From Clostridia bacterium (GTDB lineage Bacteria; Bacillota; Clostridia; JAAYHZ01), in assembly GCA_050950825.1 (NCBI GenBank), contig JBMNIH010000010.1, forward strand, positions 64,001-128,000: DNA of 64,000 bases, in the 5' to 3' direction. Made by a program: the position numbers and the translations under genes. Each line of letters begins with the position of its first letter. The stretch's first letter is position 1. Positions 1-10,817 of the stretch are shown piece by piece. The notes under the pieces were generated by a model that did no database searches, was not told where the DNA came from, and saw only the letters and a list, made by a program, of their open reading frames with translations.

Positions 1-842
1 GGTCTTCCGAGGACGGATTGAACTGGACTTTGGAGATAAAGGAAGCACCCTGGGAAGGAAGACATACGGCGGGTTATGTGGTTCATGATCAAAAGATGTG
101 GATTGTGGGAGGCGATTGCATCCAAGGGCGCTACCAGCCGGATGTGTGGTGCTCGGAAAACGGCAAGGACTGGGAGCTCGTCTCGGATAACGTTCCGTGG
201 GGGCAAAGAGTGCTGCATCATACCGTGGCTTTCAAAGGGAAAATATGGGTCATGGGCGGACAAACCGTCCCCGGATTCGTACCTTCCGAACCGAGAACGA
301 TATACTATAACGATGTATGGTGCTCCGAAGACGGAAAGCATTGGGATCTCGTACTGGAGCACGCACCGTGGGTTCCGAGGGGCATGATCGGGAATAACGC
401 CGTACTCCATGATCGTATATGGTTATTAGGTGGCGGTACCTATGATACGCCGGAGTTTCCCGTAAGAAAATATTACAACGACGTTTGGAGTACGGAAGAC
501 GGAATCCGGTGGGAGCTTCACAGAGAAACGAGCCCGTGGAAAGGAAGACAGTACCATGAGATTGCGGCATTTGACGGACATTTGTGGGTAATGGAAGGCT
601 TTGACGGCGTCTTTTACATCGAAATGCCGGACGGTACAAAGAAATTTAAAAATCCGGATAGAAGCGGCAATATTAAAGACGTTTGGTATTCTCCGGACGG
701 TGTTCATTGGGAGGAATTACCCGATACGCCTTGGCTGCCTCGCCATGCGGCAAGTGTTACGGTACATCAAGATGCGTTGTGGATGGTAGCGGGAAACAAT
801 ATGACACCGGATGTGTGGAAATTGGTAAGGATTTCCGACTAA
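1..842 (+). CDS. Kelch-repeat / Asp-box beta-propeller protein, 5' end outside the window
   Basis: Repeats of about 50-60 aa: PW-x-R...W-h-h-GG...DVW-x-S-x-D/NG-x-x-W. The frame is open from the window edge ((W)SSEDGLNW), so TTG at 18 is an internal Leu of a repeat and not the start. Confidence 0.85.
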   Translation, partial: SSEDGLNWTLEIKEAPWEGRHTAGYVVHDQKMWIVGGDCIQGRYQPDVWCSENGKDWELVSDNVPWGQRVLHHTVAFKGKIWVMGGQTVPGFVPSEPRTIYYNDVWCSEDGKHWDLVLEHAPWVPRGMIGNNAVLHDRIWLLGGGTYDTPEFPVRKYYNDVWSTEDGIRWELHRETSPWKGRQYHEIAAFDGHLWVMEGFDGVFYIEMPDGTKKFKNPDRSGNIKDVWYSPDGVHWEELPDTPWLPRHAASVTVHQDALWMVAGNNMTPDVWKLVRISD

Positions 843-1005
843 TGCATAAAGAATAAACCATGTATGGCTCCTATAGGCCATATTTCCACAAATTTGTGCG
901 TTTTAAATCTTTTTTAACCTATTTACTTTCTCGGTCTATTGATATATATTAAATAACAACAACAATATTTACTATGTTTTTTTTTATGTGAGAAGGAGGA
1001 GAAGT

Positions 1006-2997
1006 ATGAGAAAAAGAACTATTTTTGCACTCCTATTAGTTGTTGCAATGACAATGTCTTTGTTGGCGGGTTGTGAATCCTACAATCCGACGTATGATAC
1101 ATTGGTTATCGCAACGACATCCTTTGAAGGTAAATTTAATCCCTTCTATGCAGAGAGTGCTTATGACTGGCAGGTTTTGAACCAAATCTTTGTTACCCCG
1201 CAGATGGTAAACAAAGATAACGTGCTGGAAGATTATGCAGGTTCCATCGATTACAAAGAAATCAAAGCCGACGACGGACATACGCAAGTAGAATATACCA
1301 TCAAAATTAAAAAAGGTATGAAGTATACCGACGGTACACCGGTGACTATCGACGACGTTATCTACTGCTACTATGTTTGGGCTGACCCTTCCTACACAGG
1401 TCCGAGTTCTACATTCTACACCGAGGACATCGTAGGTTTGAAGGAATACTACTATGACGACCCGAACTACTCGTCCGTAATCGAAGGTTATGCGAAAGCC
1501 GTTGAAGAAAAATACTCCTTGGATACCATTTCCAAAGAAGACTTTATTACGTACTTAATAGAGACGAAATTGGAAGGCTGGTGGAATGGAAATCCTTCGG
1601 CTGAAATCGCAAGCGGCTATACTTGGTCCGATTACATCATTGACGAAGGTTTCGAAGAACAACTTAAGAACATCGACGCTTCCAACCCCGACCAAATGCT
1701 GGCATTGTTAGCGGAAGTGGAATATACCAACTATGCAGAATACTACGATCCTGCAACTTGGTGGGGAGCAAAGCTTGCCGAAGATTATATCAAAGGCAAC
1801 TTGGAAGACGGTATTGACGTTCCGACCATCACCGGTATTACCAAGGTTGACGATTATACATGCAAAGTATTGTACAATTCCGTTAATATTTACGGAGACC
1901 GTACCGTCAACGCTTATTTGGTTCCCAGACACTACTACGGTGAATTTACAAAGGGTAATGCGGAAGCCGTTGTAAGTGCGAATATGGATAAGCCGATGGG
2001 CTCGGGTCCGTACATTTGGCAAGGTTACGCCGATAATATCGTTACTTGCGTAGCCAATGACAACTTCTTCTTAGGAAAACCCTACATCAAGACGGTTAAA
2101 TGGCAAGTTTACACCGATGAAGACATTCTTGCGGCATTTGTTGCCGGAGACATCGATATTGCAAACCCGACCTTGAACAAAGATAAATTACAGGCTTACA
2201 TTGATGCAGGCCTCCACTACGACTTGGTTGACAACAACGGTTACGGATACTTAGGTATCAACTCCAACAATGTTGAAAAACTGGTAAGACAAGGGTTTAT
2301 GCACTTATTGAACCGCAAGCCTTCCGTTGAAGGTTACTACGGAACAATGGCTCAATTGATCGAACGTCCGATGACCACCACATTAGCCGAATATCCGGAC
2401 GAAGCGAAGGAATACTACGGATACGATCCTCAAAAGGCACTTGCGAAATTCAAGGAAGCCGGATACGAACAAAAAGACGGTAAGCTGGTGAAAAACGGAC
2501 AGCAATTAGTGCTTAACGTTTACATCGGCGGTGACGGTATCGGTGACCATCCGGGTTATGCGATGCTGACACAAGCGGCGAACGACTTAAAGAACATGGG
2601 CGGCGAGCTCATTATCCACGACGTTCAATTCTCCGTATTGCAAGCGGCCATGAACAGCGGAGAAGCCGATATGTTCGTACTTGCTTGGGGTACCGTTACC
2701 ACTTGCGACCAAAGATCGCAATACATGACCGGCGGAGGACAAAACCGTACCAATATCAGCAACAAAGAACTTGACAATATTTTGGAACAAATCGTCGTTA
2801 CCATGGATCTGAAAGAAAGAAAGGCTCTTGTTGCCAAAGCATTGGATATCGTTATGGAAGAAGCCGTTGAAATGCCTCTTTATCAAAGAAAGAACGGATA
2901 CGTTTACAATCCGGTTACCGTCGATATTTCATCACTGCCTGAAACATCGACCTACTGGAGCTACGAAAACGTTCTGTACAAGATCAAGCTTAACTAA
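1006..2997 (+). CDS. oppA: ABC transporter substrate-binding lipoprotein, family 5 (OppA/DppA-like)
   Basis: AGGAGG RBS before ATG 1006, lipobox LAGC, and SBP_bac_5 motifs KYTDGTPVTIDDV and PMGSGPY. Confidence 0.9.
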   Translation: MRKRTIFALLLVVAMTMSLLAGCESYNPTYDTLVIATTSFEGKFNPFYAESAYDWQVLNQIFVTPQMVNKDNVLEDYAGSIDYKEIKADDGHTQVEYTIKIKKGMKYTDGTPVTIDDVIYCYYVWADPSYTGPSSTFYTEDIVGLKEYYYDDPNYSSVIEGYAKAVEEKYSLDTISKEDFITYLIETKLEGWWNGNPSAEIASGYTWSDYIIDEGFEEQLKNIDASNPDQMLALLAEVEYTNYAEYYDPATWWGAKLAEDYIKGNLEDGIDVPTITGITKVDDYTCKVLYNSVNIYGDRTVNAYLVPRHYYGEFTKGNAEAVVSANMDKPMGSGPYIWQGYADNIVTCVANDNFFLGKPYIKTVKWQVYTDEDILAAFVAGDIDIANPTLNKDKLQAYIDAGLHYDLVDNNGYGYLGINSNNVEKLVRQGFMHLLNRKPSVEGYYGTMAQLIERPMTTTLAEYPDEAKEYYGYDPQKALAKFKEAGYEQKDGKLVKNGQQLVLNVYIGGDGIGDHPGYAMLTQAANDLKNMGGELIIHDVQFSVLQAAMNSGEADMFVLAWGTVTTCDQRSQYMTGGGQNRTNISNKELDNILEQIVVTMDLKERKALVAKALDIVMEEAVEMPLYQRKNGYVYNPVTVDISSLPETSTYWSYENVLYKIKLN

Positions 2998-3016
2998 TAT
3001 CGAAGAAAAAGGCTTG

Positions 3017-3052
3017 AATCTCTCCGCTGTGAATACAGCGGAGAGATTTATT
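3017..3052 (+). terminator. Hairpin after oppA (terminator or mRNA stabiliser)
   Basis: Perfect 14-bp stem AATCTCTCCGCTGT-gaat-ACAGCGGAGAGATT followed by TATT. Confidence 0.75.
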
Positions 3053-3160
3053 ATATTCAACAATAGCCGGAATAAATAACCATAAGTAAGGGTTATCGGC
3101 GATATGAAAATGATCCATGTCTTACATATACCATCTTACTAAAGGGGAAGGAAGAAGAAG

Positions 3161-4138
3161 ATGAGACAATACATTATCAAAAGGGTGATAATCAGTTTCA
3201 TTGTGCTGATCGGCGTATCCATTATGCTATACGCCATAACCAGAATGATGCCGTCTGATTTTGTAGAATTATCGACAGCCAATAACTTGAAAATCACCGA
3301 AGAACAAAAAGAACATTTGCGAGAATTGTACGGCCTCAATACGGGTATTATTGAAGGCTACTTTTTATGGTTAGGGAAAGTTATTAAAGGAGACCTTGGC
3401 GTATCGTTATATTATAAACGACCGGTTGCGGAATTAATTAAATCCTATGCGCCCATTACCTTTACGGTAGCATTTATCGCCTTGATATTGGAATTGCTTG
3501 TAGCCATACCGCTAGGCATTATAGCGGCTACAAACCAATACAGCAAAAAAGACTATTTGATCGTTATGTTTGCATTTATGGGAATTTCCCTGCCGATTTT
3601 CTTTTTTGCCGTGATATTAAAACGAATATTCGGCCCGTTTGGATTGAACATCCTGCCGGTAGCAGGAATGTTGAATGCCCGAGCTACATATACAGGTTTT
3701 TCATTTGCTAAATTAATGGATTATGCACGGCATTTGATCATGCCCATTACGTGCTTCGTTATTACCAGTGTCGGGGGGCTTTTGCGCTATACTCGAACCA
3801 ACATGCTGGAGGTTTTAAATTCCGACTATGTCAGAACCGCCAGAGCCAAGGGACTGCCGGAGCGGAAGGTCATAGGAAAACATGCCTTTAAGAATACATT
3901 GATTCCTATCGTTACCTTGGTAGGAGGCATGCTGCCCGGATTGTTTTCCGGTGCCGCCATTACCGAAGGACTTTTCTCCATCGAAGGATTGGGAAACATG
4001 GCGCTGACCGCTTCTTATCAAGCGGACGTTCCCTACTTAATGGGATTTAACATGTTTCTTGCGGTTATGACCCTAATCGGCACATTATTATCCGACATAC
4101 TTTATGCCGCCGTAGATCCGCGTATTCGATACAGTTAG
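3161..4138 (+). CDS. oppB: Peptide/nickel-family ABC permease
   Basis: GDLGVS and DYVRTARAKGL motifs; C-terminus DPRIRY. Confidence 0.92.
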   Translation: MRQYIIKRVIISFIVLIGVSIMLYAITRMMPSDFVELSTANNLKITEEQKEHLRELYGLNTGIIEGYFLWLGKVIKGDLGVSLYYKRPVAELIKSYAPITFTVAFIALILELLVAIPLGIIAATNQYSKKDYLIVMFAFMGISLPIFFFAVILKRIFGPFGLNILPVAGMLNARATYTGFSFAKLMDYARHLIMPITCFVITSVGGLLRYTRTNMLEVLNSDYVRTARAKGLPERKVIGKHAFKNTLIPIVTLVGGMLPGLFSGAAITEGLFSIEGLGNMALTASYQADVPYLMGFNMFLAVMTLIGTLLSDILYAAVDPRIRYS

Positions 4139-4146
4139 GAGGACGA

Positions 4147-5472
4147 ATGATGGAAGAAATTAAAACTAACAATATCGAAGCCCGTGATTCTACGGAGAAT
4201 AATCGGATCTTTTTAACCCCGGGCCAATTGGTCATGAGGCGTTTTATTCGTAACAGAGCCGCCGTTATCGGAATAGTGGTTTTAGTCTTCATGGTCGTGT
4301 TTTGCTTTATCGGTCCTTTGTTTTTGCCGTATACCGAAACCGAATTGTTTTACATGGCAAAGGAACAAAATACGGTAACCGCGGAAGACGGTACCGTTAT
4401 CGGTTTTATCTTTGAAATCGACGAAAGCTTAACCTTTACAAGCGAAACGGAATACGGAAGAGTAAGTAACAATACACCTTTTGTTGAAACCACAAAAGGA
4501 TCTTTGCTCTCTATGGAAGAACGAGATCTTACGGCTCTCACTTCCAAAGACACCGATGCCGAATACTATGTAAGCATGATGAGCGGCGTTTCCGGCAACG
4601 AGCAAGCCGTTGCGGCTTTTTATGAGGACGGAACATGGATTATGAACGTGTTAACCGATAGCGGTTTCATCAACGTTAGCGGTACATGGGAGTACCACGA
4701 CAAGGAAGAAATCCGCATGAACGATCGTCGTATCGTCAATGCCGTATTGAATGTTCGTGCCGCACCGTCGAAGGCTCATCCCTTAGGGACCGACCAAGGA
4801 GGTCGCGACATGCTTACCCGCCTTATGTACGGCGGAAGGGTCTCCCTATTGGTAGGCTTGTGTGTTGTAATTGTGGAATTACTCATCGGCGTAACTTTAG
4901 GAGGTATTGCAGGTTATTACGGCGGAAAAATCGATATGGTTATCATGAGGCTGGTAGAAATATTCTACGCCATTCCCTTTATCCCGCTGATGCTGATTAT
5001 CTCGTCCATAATGATGCAGCTTCGAATATCACCTGCTAATAAGATATATTACATCATGTTTGTCATGGGTATCTTGTATTGGGCCGGCGTCGCCCGTATG
5101 ATCCGCGGACAGATTCTCTCTTTAAGAGAAATGGAATACATGCAAGCGGCGGAGGCATTAGGCTTGAGGACATCTCGGAAGATTTTCAAGCATTTAATCC
5201 CCAACGTAATGCCCTTGATTATTGTTATGGCTACCATGGATTTAGGAAGCATTATATTAACGGAATCCACCATGAGCTTCTTAGGCGTCGGAGTTGCCGC
5301 TCCCTACGCTTCGTGGGGAAATATGGTCAGCGCCGTTACATCCGCTACGGTTATGAAAAACAATCCATGGATTTGGATACCGCCCGGATTATGCATTCTG
5401 ATCACCGTTTTGGCATTTAACTTTGTCGGTGACGGTCTGCGTGATGCCTTCGATCCCAAGATGAAACGGTAG
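4147..5472 (+). CDS. oppC: Peptide/nickel-family ABC permease with a large extracytoplasmic insertion
   Basis: HPLGTDQGGRD, YGGRVSL, EYMQAAEALG and GDGLRDAFDPK motifs. Confidence 0.92.
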   Translation: MMEEIKTNNIEARDSTENNRIFLTPGQLVMRRFIRNRAAVIGIVVLVFMVVFCFIGPLFLPYTETELFYMAKEQNTVTAEDGTVIGFIFEIDESLTFTSETEYGRVSNNTPFVETTKGSLLSMEERDLTALTSKDTDAEYYVSMMSGVSGNEQAVAAFYEDGTWIMNVLTDSGFINVSGTWEYHDKEEIRMNDRRIVNAVLNVRAAPSKAHPLGTDQGGRDMLTRLMYGGRVSLLVGLCVVIVELLIGVTLGGIAGYYGGKIDMVIMRLVEIFYAIPFIPLMLIISSIMMQLRISPANKIYYIMFVMGILYWAGVARMIRGQILSLREMEYMQAAEALGLRTSRKIFKHLIPNVMPLIIVMATMDLGSIILTESTMSFLGVGVAAPYASWGNMVSAVTSATVMKNNPWIWIPPGLCILITVLAFNFVGDGLRDAFDPKMKR

Positions 5473-5480
5473 GTGATAAA

Positions 5481-6626
5481 ATGACAGCGAAAAGCGATAA
5501 AAAAGTTTTAAAAGAAATAAAGAGATTTAACAATCAAAAGTATCGAGATTACAATAAATATTTGAAGCGTAAACGGGTGCCGGAAAACGAATACATCACC
5601 GTCATGAAGGATCCGAATAATATTTTGGAGATCGATAACCTTCAAGCCTATTTCTACACCGATATCGGAACGGTGAAAGCGGTAGACGGTGTTACCTTCG
5701 ATGTGCCCATGGGAAAAACCATCGGCGTTGTAGGCGAATCCGGATGCGGGAAAAGCGTAACCGGTCTTTCCATTATGCGCCTGCTTCAAAGTCCCCAGGG
5801 GCAGATTACCGGAGGAGAAATTCGGTTGAATCAGGTAGGCTTGAACCGAGCCGTTAATATTCCGAAAATGCCTTTGAAGGAAGTGGAAAAAATCCGGGGC
5901 AAGGAAATCGCTATGATCTTCCAAGAACCCATGACATCTCTGAACCCGGTCTTTACCATCGGAGACCAAATCGATGAGATTATTGAGCTGCATAACCCGA
6001 ATATGAACAAAAACGAAGTAAAAGCTCGTACGATAGAAATGTTGAACATGGTAGGCATTCCGCGAGCGGAAGGGGTCTACAAAAACTATCCCCACGAGCT
6101 TTCCGGCGGTATGAGGCAGCGTGTCATGATCGCCATGGCATTGTCTTGCAACCCTCGTTTAATTATCGCCGACGAACCTACGACGGCATTGGACGTTACC
6201 ATACAAGCGCAAATATTGGATTTGCTGGTCACGTTAAAAGAAAAAATCAACTCCTCCATCATGCTGATCACCCATGACTTGGGTGTCGTGGCGGAAGTGG
6301 CGGATATCGTCGTCGTTATGTATGCAGGAAGAGTTGTGGAGCAGGGTACGGCGGAGGAAATCTTTTATCATCCAAGCCATCCCTATACACTGGGACTGAT
6401 GAAATCCCGTCCTTCTTTGAATGCAGACGCAAAAAGATTGTATTCCATACCGGGCAACGTTCCGAACCCGATTAATATGCCGAACCACTGCTACTACAGG
6501 AACCGATGCGAATTTGCTACGGCAGAATGCGGCGGGGTTTATCCCCCTATGATACAATTAAGCGAAACCCACAAGGTCTGCTGTTACAACCCTATCAAAG
6601 GGAATTTTACGTTAGGAGGAGAGTAA
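5481..6626 (+). CDS. oppD: ABC ATPase, OppD type
   Basis: [31 protein letters not shown] and HPYT motifs; C-terminal Cys cluster. Confidence 0.95.
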   Translation: MTAKSDKKVLKEIKRFNNQKYRDYNKYLKRKRVPENEYITVMKDPNNILEIDNLQAYFYTDIGTVKAVDGVTFDVPMGKTIGVVGESGCGKSVTGLSIMRLLQSPQGQITGGEIRLNQVGLNRAVNIPKMPLKEVEKIRGKEIAMIFQEPMTSLNPVFTIGDQIDEIIELHNPNMNKNEVKARTIEMLNMVGIPRAEGVYKNYPHELSGGMRQRVMIAMALSCNPRLIIADEPTTALDVTIQAQILDLLVTLKEKINSSIMLITHDLGVVAEVADIVVVMYAGRVVEQGTAEEIFYHPSHPYTLGLMKSRPSLNADAKRLYSIPGNVPNPINMPNHCYYRNRCEFATAECGGVYPPMIQLSETHKVCCYNPIKGNFTLGGE

Positions 6627-6627
6627 T

Positions 6628-7656
6628 ATGCAAAAAAATGACAACATACTGGAAGTGAAAAACCTCAAAACGTATTTTCCCATTAAGTCCGGTGTCTTGC
6701 AAAGAACCGTTGGCCATATTAAAGCGGTAGACGATGTGAGTTTCTCCATAAAAAAAGGACAAACTTTCGGGCTGGTGGGAGAATCCGGTTGCGGAAAAAC
6801 CACGATCGGGAGATCCATACTTCGGTTGGTAGAGCCCACGGCCGGCTCCATCATTATTGACGGAGTGGATATCTCCAAGTTAAAATCGAAAGAGCTGCGG
6901 AGTATGCGGAAAAAGATGCAACTCATTTTCCAAGACCCGTATTCTTCCTTGAACCCTCGCTTACCGGTGGGAGAAATCATCGGAGAAGCCGTGTGGGAGC
7001 ACTACATCCGAAACCAAAAAAACGGTACGCCGGATAACGAATTGAACTTAACAAAGGAAAATTTCCGTGATTATATTCTGTCCGTCATGAACGACTGCGG
7101 TCTGTTCCCTTACTATATTGACCGTTATCCCCACGAGTTTTCGGGGGGACAAAGACAGAGAATATGTATAGCAAGAGCACTGGCTTTAAACCCCGGGCTC
7201 ATTATTGCAGACGAACCGGTTTCGGCCTTGGACGTTTCCATACAAGCCCAAATTATTAACCTCATGAAGGAGCTGCAGGAAAAAAGGAATTTGACCTACT
7301 TGTTCATTTCCCATGACTTGTCGGTGGTTGAATACATTTCGGATGTTGTGGCGGTAATGTATTTGGGAAATATCGTGGAAATGGCACCGAAGAAAAGCTT
7401 GTTCGGCAACCCCTTACATCCCTATACGGAAGCGCTTTTGTCCGCCGTTCCTTATCCCGATCCTGCGGCAAAGCGCAATAAAAAGAGGATTATCTTAAAA
7501 GGCGACCTTCCGTCTCCCGCAAATCCTCCCGTAGGATGCCGATTCCACACCCGATGTCCTTACGCAAAGGACATTTGTGCACAAAAGATTCCGGAATACA
7601 AAGAGGTTGCTCCCGAGCACTACTGCATGTGTCACAAGGTAAACGGACTATTTTAA
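6628..7656 (+). CDS. oppF: ABC ATPase, OppF type
   Basis: [32 protein letters not shown] and GCRFHTRCP motifs. Confidence 0.95.
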   Translation: MQKNDNILEVKNLKTYFPIKSGVLQRTVGHIKAVDDVSFSIKKGQTFGLVGESGCGKTTIGRSILRLVEPTAGSIIIDGVDISKLKSKELRSMRKKMQLIFQDPYSSLNPRLPVGEIIGEAVWEHYIRNQKNGTPDNELNLTKENFRDYILSVMNDCGLFPYYIDRYPHEFSGGQRQRICIARALALNPGLIIADEPVSALDVSIQAQIINLMKELQEKRNLTYLFISHDLSVVEYISDVVAVMYLGNIVEMAPKKSLFGNPLHPYTEALLSAVPYPDPAAKRNKKRIILKGDLPSPANPPVGCRFHTRCPYAKDICAQKIPEYKEVAPEHYCMCHKVNGLF

Positions 7657-7667
7657 AAAATATAAAG

Positions 7668-7694
7668 AACAGGAGCGTGTGCTCCTGTTTTTTA
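7668..7694 (+). terminator. Intrinsic terminator, probably bidirectional
   Basis: AACAGGAGC-gtgt-GCTCCTGTT followed by a T-tract, between convergent genes. Confidence 0.8.
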
Positions 7695-7733
7695 TGCCCA
7701 ATAACCTCATTTTACTTTTCATATCCTAAAACC

Positions 7734-10700
7734 TTATTCTTGTCCGTAGGACACCGCCAAAGGAATTTCGAAGTCCGCTCCTACGTCGAACACATACGTA
7801 TATATTCCTCCTTCGTTTCTTTCCTTCACAAAGGTTCGATTGGTAACCAATCGATAGCGGTTATTGCCCAAATCCTCTATACCTTCGATAAAGTAAGATG
7901 CGTTCCACGGTCCCGAAGGCCGAATGTGTATGTATCGGTTCACCAATCCCTGCAAATTGGCGGGCTTTTCGTCGAATTCAACGTCGATAAAGCGGTTGTC
8001 GTTTAATTCTTTTTGGAAATCCGTGACCTTCCCCTTGGCGCACCCTAAAGGAGAGGTCAGGGTATACCGATAGTCTCCTTCTTTGTACTCAAGCAGGGTA
8101 CCCTTTGACAAAAATGCATAAACGACCTTGCCTTCTTTTATGCGGAGAAAACCCAATCTTCCTTTAAAGCGAATTCTTTCGTCAATGAGAACCTCCGTAT
8201 CTTCCGAAATACTCGAGAATACATAATCCGTAATGCCGTCTTTATGAGGTACCTTCACGGCGCCGAAGAGGAACGATGCGTCTTTTTTCTTGTTCTCATC
8301 CTTTACCTCAACAACAACCGGTTGCGGCTTCGTCAAGCTCGAAGCGTCGTCGTAAGCCTCGTAAACAGAGGTAAACAAGCTCTTTAGTCCGGGCCCTTTT
8401 CTTAAGCCTAACAAGTAATAAAGAAACTTCGGATTTCCGGGCTTGTTTTGTGGAGGTACTCCCTTTCCTTTTGTAACCTCATCAAATGGTCCCATAAGCC
8501 AAGCCTTGAAAGCAACGGAATCGATTTTTCCTTGGGAAACGTTCCAAGTATCCTTTACATTCCACACGGCCTCCACGATACCGTTCGGAACGGTGCTGCA
8601 TTCCGCGTTGTATATATAGCTTAATCCGGAGCCATGGCTTTTTCCTCTGTCCGGATTTTCGCCGTAGGAAATGCCTTCTCCGGCTGCCGTTTCGAACCAT
8701 TTTACTTGATTACCGAGATTCACATCCAAAGAGCCTTCCCCGCCGTGCAAGGAAAACCGGTGGCTTTCTCCTCCGGATACACGGAAGAAATCTACGTAGT
8801 AGGCTTTCCCCGGTGAAATTTCGATCATGGTTAGGGATCGGTTGTACATATCCGTTTCATCGTATACATTCGGCGCATCCACATCGATATTTTTCACGAC
8901 GGCATCGTCTTCAAAGCCTTTTACTACACCGGGATCATACGTGGTTTTTTGGCATTTGTCGTTGACCAAAACGCAGTTGTGGCTTAGGGTATGATTGTTC
9001 CACTCCGGTACGTCATAAAATCCCGCTTCGCAATAGCTCGGATAGCCTAAATCCGGAGAGATGTCAATACCCTTGTAGTACAACTCCATGTTCAATTTGT
9101 CCCAATGACCGTGACCGACGGTGCGACCGAAATAAAGGTTGGCAAAATTCCCTCCTTTATAGGGCTGCCTTAATATGCAGTTTCCGTAACCGCATAAAAG
9201 ATCGGAACGGGTGTAAGAGGATTGCGATGATTTCATGTTTTGTCTTAACAACGTAATCATTTCCTCTTTGCCGGTTATCCGAGGATTTTCAAACTCTCCC
9301 GTTTGGGCATCCGGCCAAACCTTTTGGATATATTCGAGGATTCGAGGATCTTTTGTTATCCGATACCCGTTCATCAGCATATACAGGTCTTCGTCGCTTT
9401 TGAGGATCAGCCCGGGAGCTCCGGTAGAGGCATTGTCGCCGGTATTCGGAACATATCGATCGTCAATAACCAAAGGAATGTAGCTTCTCAACATCATTTG
9501 CATCTTGGGATGACGGTAAATGTTGTATTCGGATTCTTCAATTCCCGGGTAATAAGATAAAATATCCGCCAATCGCGCCAATTGACGAAGCCATAGGCTG
9601 TTGTATCCCAAGGAGCACTCGCCCCCCAAGCCGTCCCGGTCCACCTTGTTTTCCAAAATACCGAAGATGTTTCCACCGGTTAAGGAAGCGGTCAGTCTTT
9701 TTACGGGATCCTCTTTGATAATCCTTTTTCCGTTTCGGAATAGGTACTCAATCCATTCGTCCGCTTCCTCGCATTTGCCCATACAAACGGCCGCCATGGC
9801 CAATGCACATTGGTGCATGCCTTCATTGCCTAATATAGCCGCTTTTTGGAGGCCGGGATATACCTGTCGAACGATTCCGTCCAAGATGGAAGCCTCGATT
9901 TTTCGAACATCCGCCGCTTCAAATCCGAGGAAGGCTTCCTCGATTTCCTTCGGATATTTTTCAAAAGCAGGCAACAATGCATCGCAGGCTTCACACAAGG
10001 TTTCGCTTAAGAAGGTTTCCCAAATACACCCGACCACCTTTCCCTGCAGGCTGTGACCGTCGCTGTTTCTATACGGTCTGCCCTTCCCTCGCATCCAGAC
10101 ATTTAGGTCCATATCGGGATAAACCTTTGAAATTCGGTACAAAAGCAGCAACCCGGTAACGGCATAACGAACATCCGAGGTGAAAACCCATGCATATGCC
10201 AGATGGCGGATAGCGTTTTGAATACTTCCGGTTTGGTTTTTGCTGCGGTCCTGTTCCCCGTACCAAACACCCCAGTGGTGATAGTAGGCGATAAAAGCCC
10301 AACTGTGGCCGTTTTCGTCAATATATCCCTTACCGTCGTCCACGTATTTATCGGGACCGTATTGGGGATACAGCTCGTTAACCAACAGTGAACGGTCGGC
10401 CAAGTCTTCCCTGAAAAAACCGAACTCATCCAAACCGCTTTCATAATACTTTTTAAAATCATTGCTCGGAAACAGGGATCCGCAATGAGGGCATTGAATC
10501 TTCCAACGGTTGTTTTCCGTCAAGCAAACCCAACCGTATACACCGTATTTGTTTAAGAACGCATCTCCGCATTCGGGACAGCCGCTGTTTCTTTCTCCGG
10601 GCATCGCTCCTCTGGGGAGGGAGTTGTTCGTTACGAAATTCCACCAAAAATCATTCCCCAAAGAAAGGTGCTTTTCCGCTTCATCCAAGATCTTTTTAGC

Positions 10701-10784
10701 ATACCCCGCCGCTTTTTTATCGGTTTTGATGTTTTCTTGAATGATTTGCACCATCCGAGGGTTGTAATAATGTCCGCCGCTCAT
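7734..10784 (-). CDS. Heparinase II/III-like (oligosaccharide lyase fold) protein, no signal peptide
   Basis: AGGAGGT RBS before ATG 10784. GHGHWDKL, PDLGYP, HTLSHNCVLVN and GGECSLGYN motifs are typical of Hepar_II_III proteins. N-terminal CxxC...CxxC pair. Confidence 0.75.
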   Translation of the reverse strand: MSGGHYYNPRMVQIIQENIKTDKKAAGYAKKILDEAEKHLSLGNDFWWNFVTNNSLPRGAMPGERNSGCPECGDAFLNKYGVYGWVCLTENNRWKIQCPHCGSLFPSNDFKKYYESGLDEFGFFREDLADRSLLVNELYPQYGPDKYVDDGKGYIDENGHSWAFIAYYHHWGVWYGEQDRSKNQTGSIQNAIRHLAYAWVFTSDVRYAVTGLLLLYRISKVYPDMDLNVWMRGKGRPYRNSDGHSLQGKVVGCIWETFLSETLCEACDALLPAFEKYPKEIEEAFLGFEAADVRKIEASILDGIVRQVYPGLQKAAILGNEGMHQCALAMAAVCMGKCEEADEWIEYLFRNGKRIIKEDPVKRLTASLTGGNIFGILENKVDRDGLGGECSLGYNSLWLRQLARLADILSYYPGIEESEYNIYRHPKMQMMLRSYIPLVIDDRYVPNTGDNASTGAPGLILKSDEDLYMLMNGYRITKDPRILEYIQKVWPDAQTGEFENPRITGKEEMITLLRQNMKSSQSSYTRSDLLCGYGNCILRQPYKGGNFANLYFGRTVGHGHWDKLNMELYYKGIDISPDLGYPSYCEAGFYDVPEWNNHTLSHNCVLVNDKCQKTTYDPGVVKGFEDDAVVKNIDVDAPNVYDETDMYNRSLTMIEISPGKAYYVDFFRVSGGESHRFSLHGGEGSLDVNLGNQVKWFETAAGEGISYGENPDRGKSHGSGLSYIYNAECSTVPNGIVEAVWNVKDTWNVSQGKIDSVAFKAWLMGPFDEVTKGKGVPPQNKPGNPKFLYYLLGLRKGPGLKSLFTSVYEAYDDASSLTKPQPVVVEVKDENKKKDASFLFGAVKVPHKDGITDYVFSSISEDTEVLIDERIRFKGRLGFLRIKEGKVVYAFLSKGTLLEYKEGDYRYTLTSPLGCAKGKVTDFQKELNDNRFIDVEFDEKPANLQGLVNRYIHIRPSGPWNASYFIEGIEDLGNNRYRLVTNRTFVKERNEGGIYTYVFDVGADFEIPLAVSYGQE

Positions 10785-10817
10785 GATTTTATACCTCCTA
10801 AAACACAAAAAAGGATC

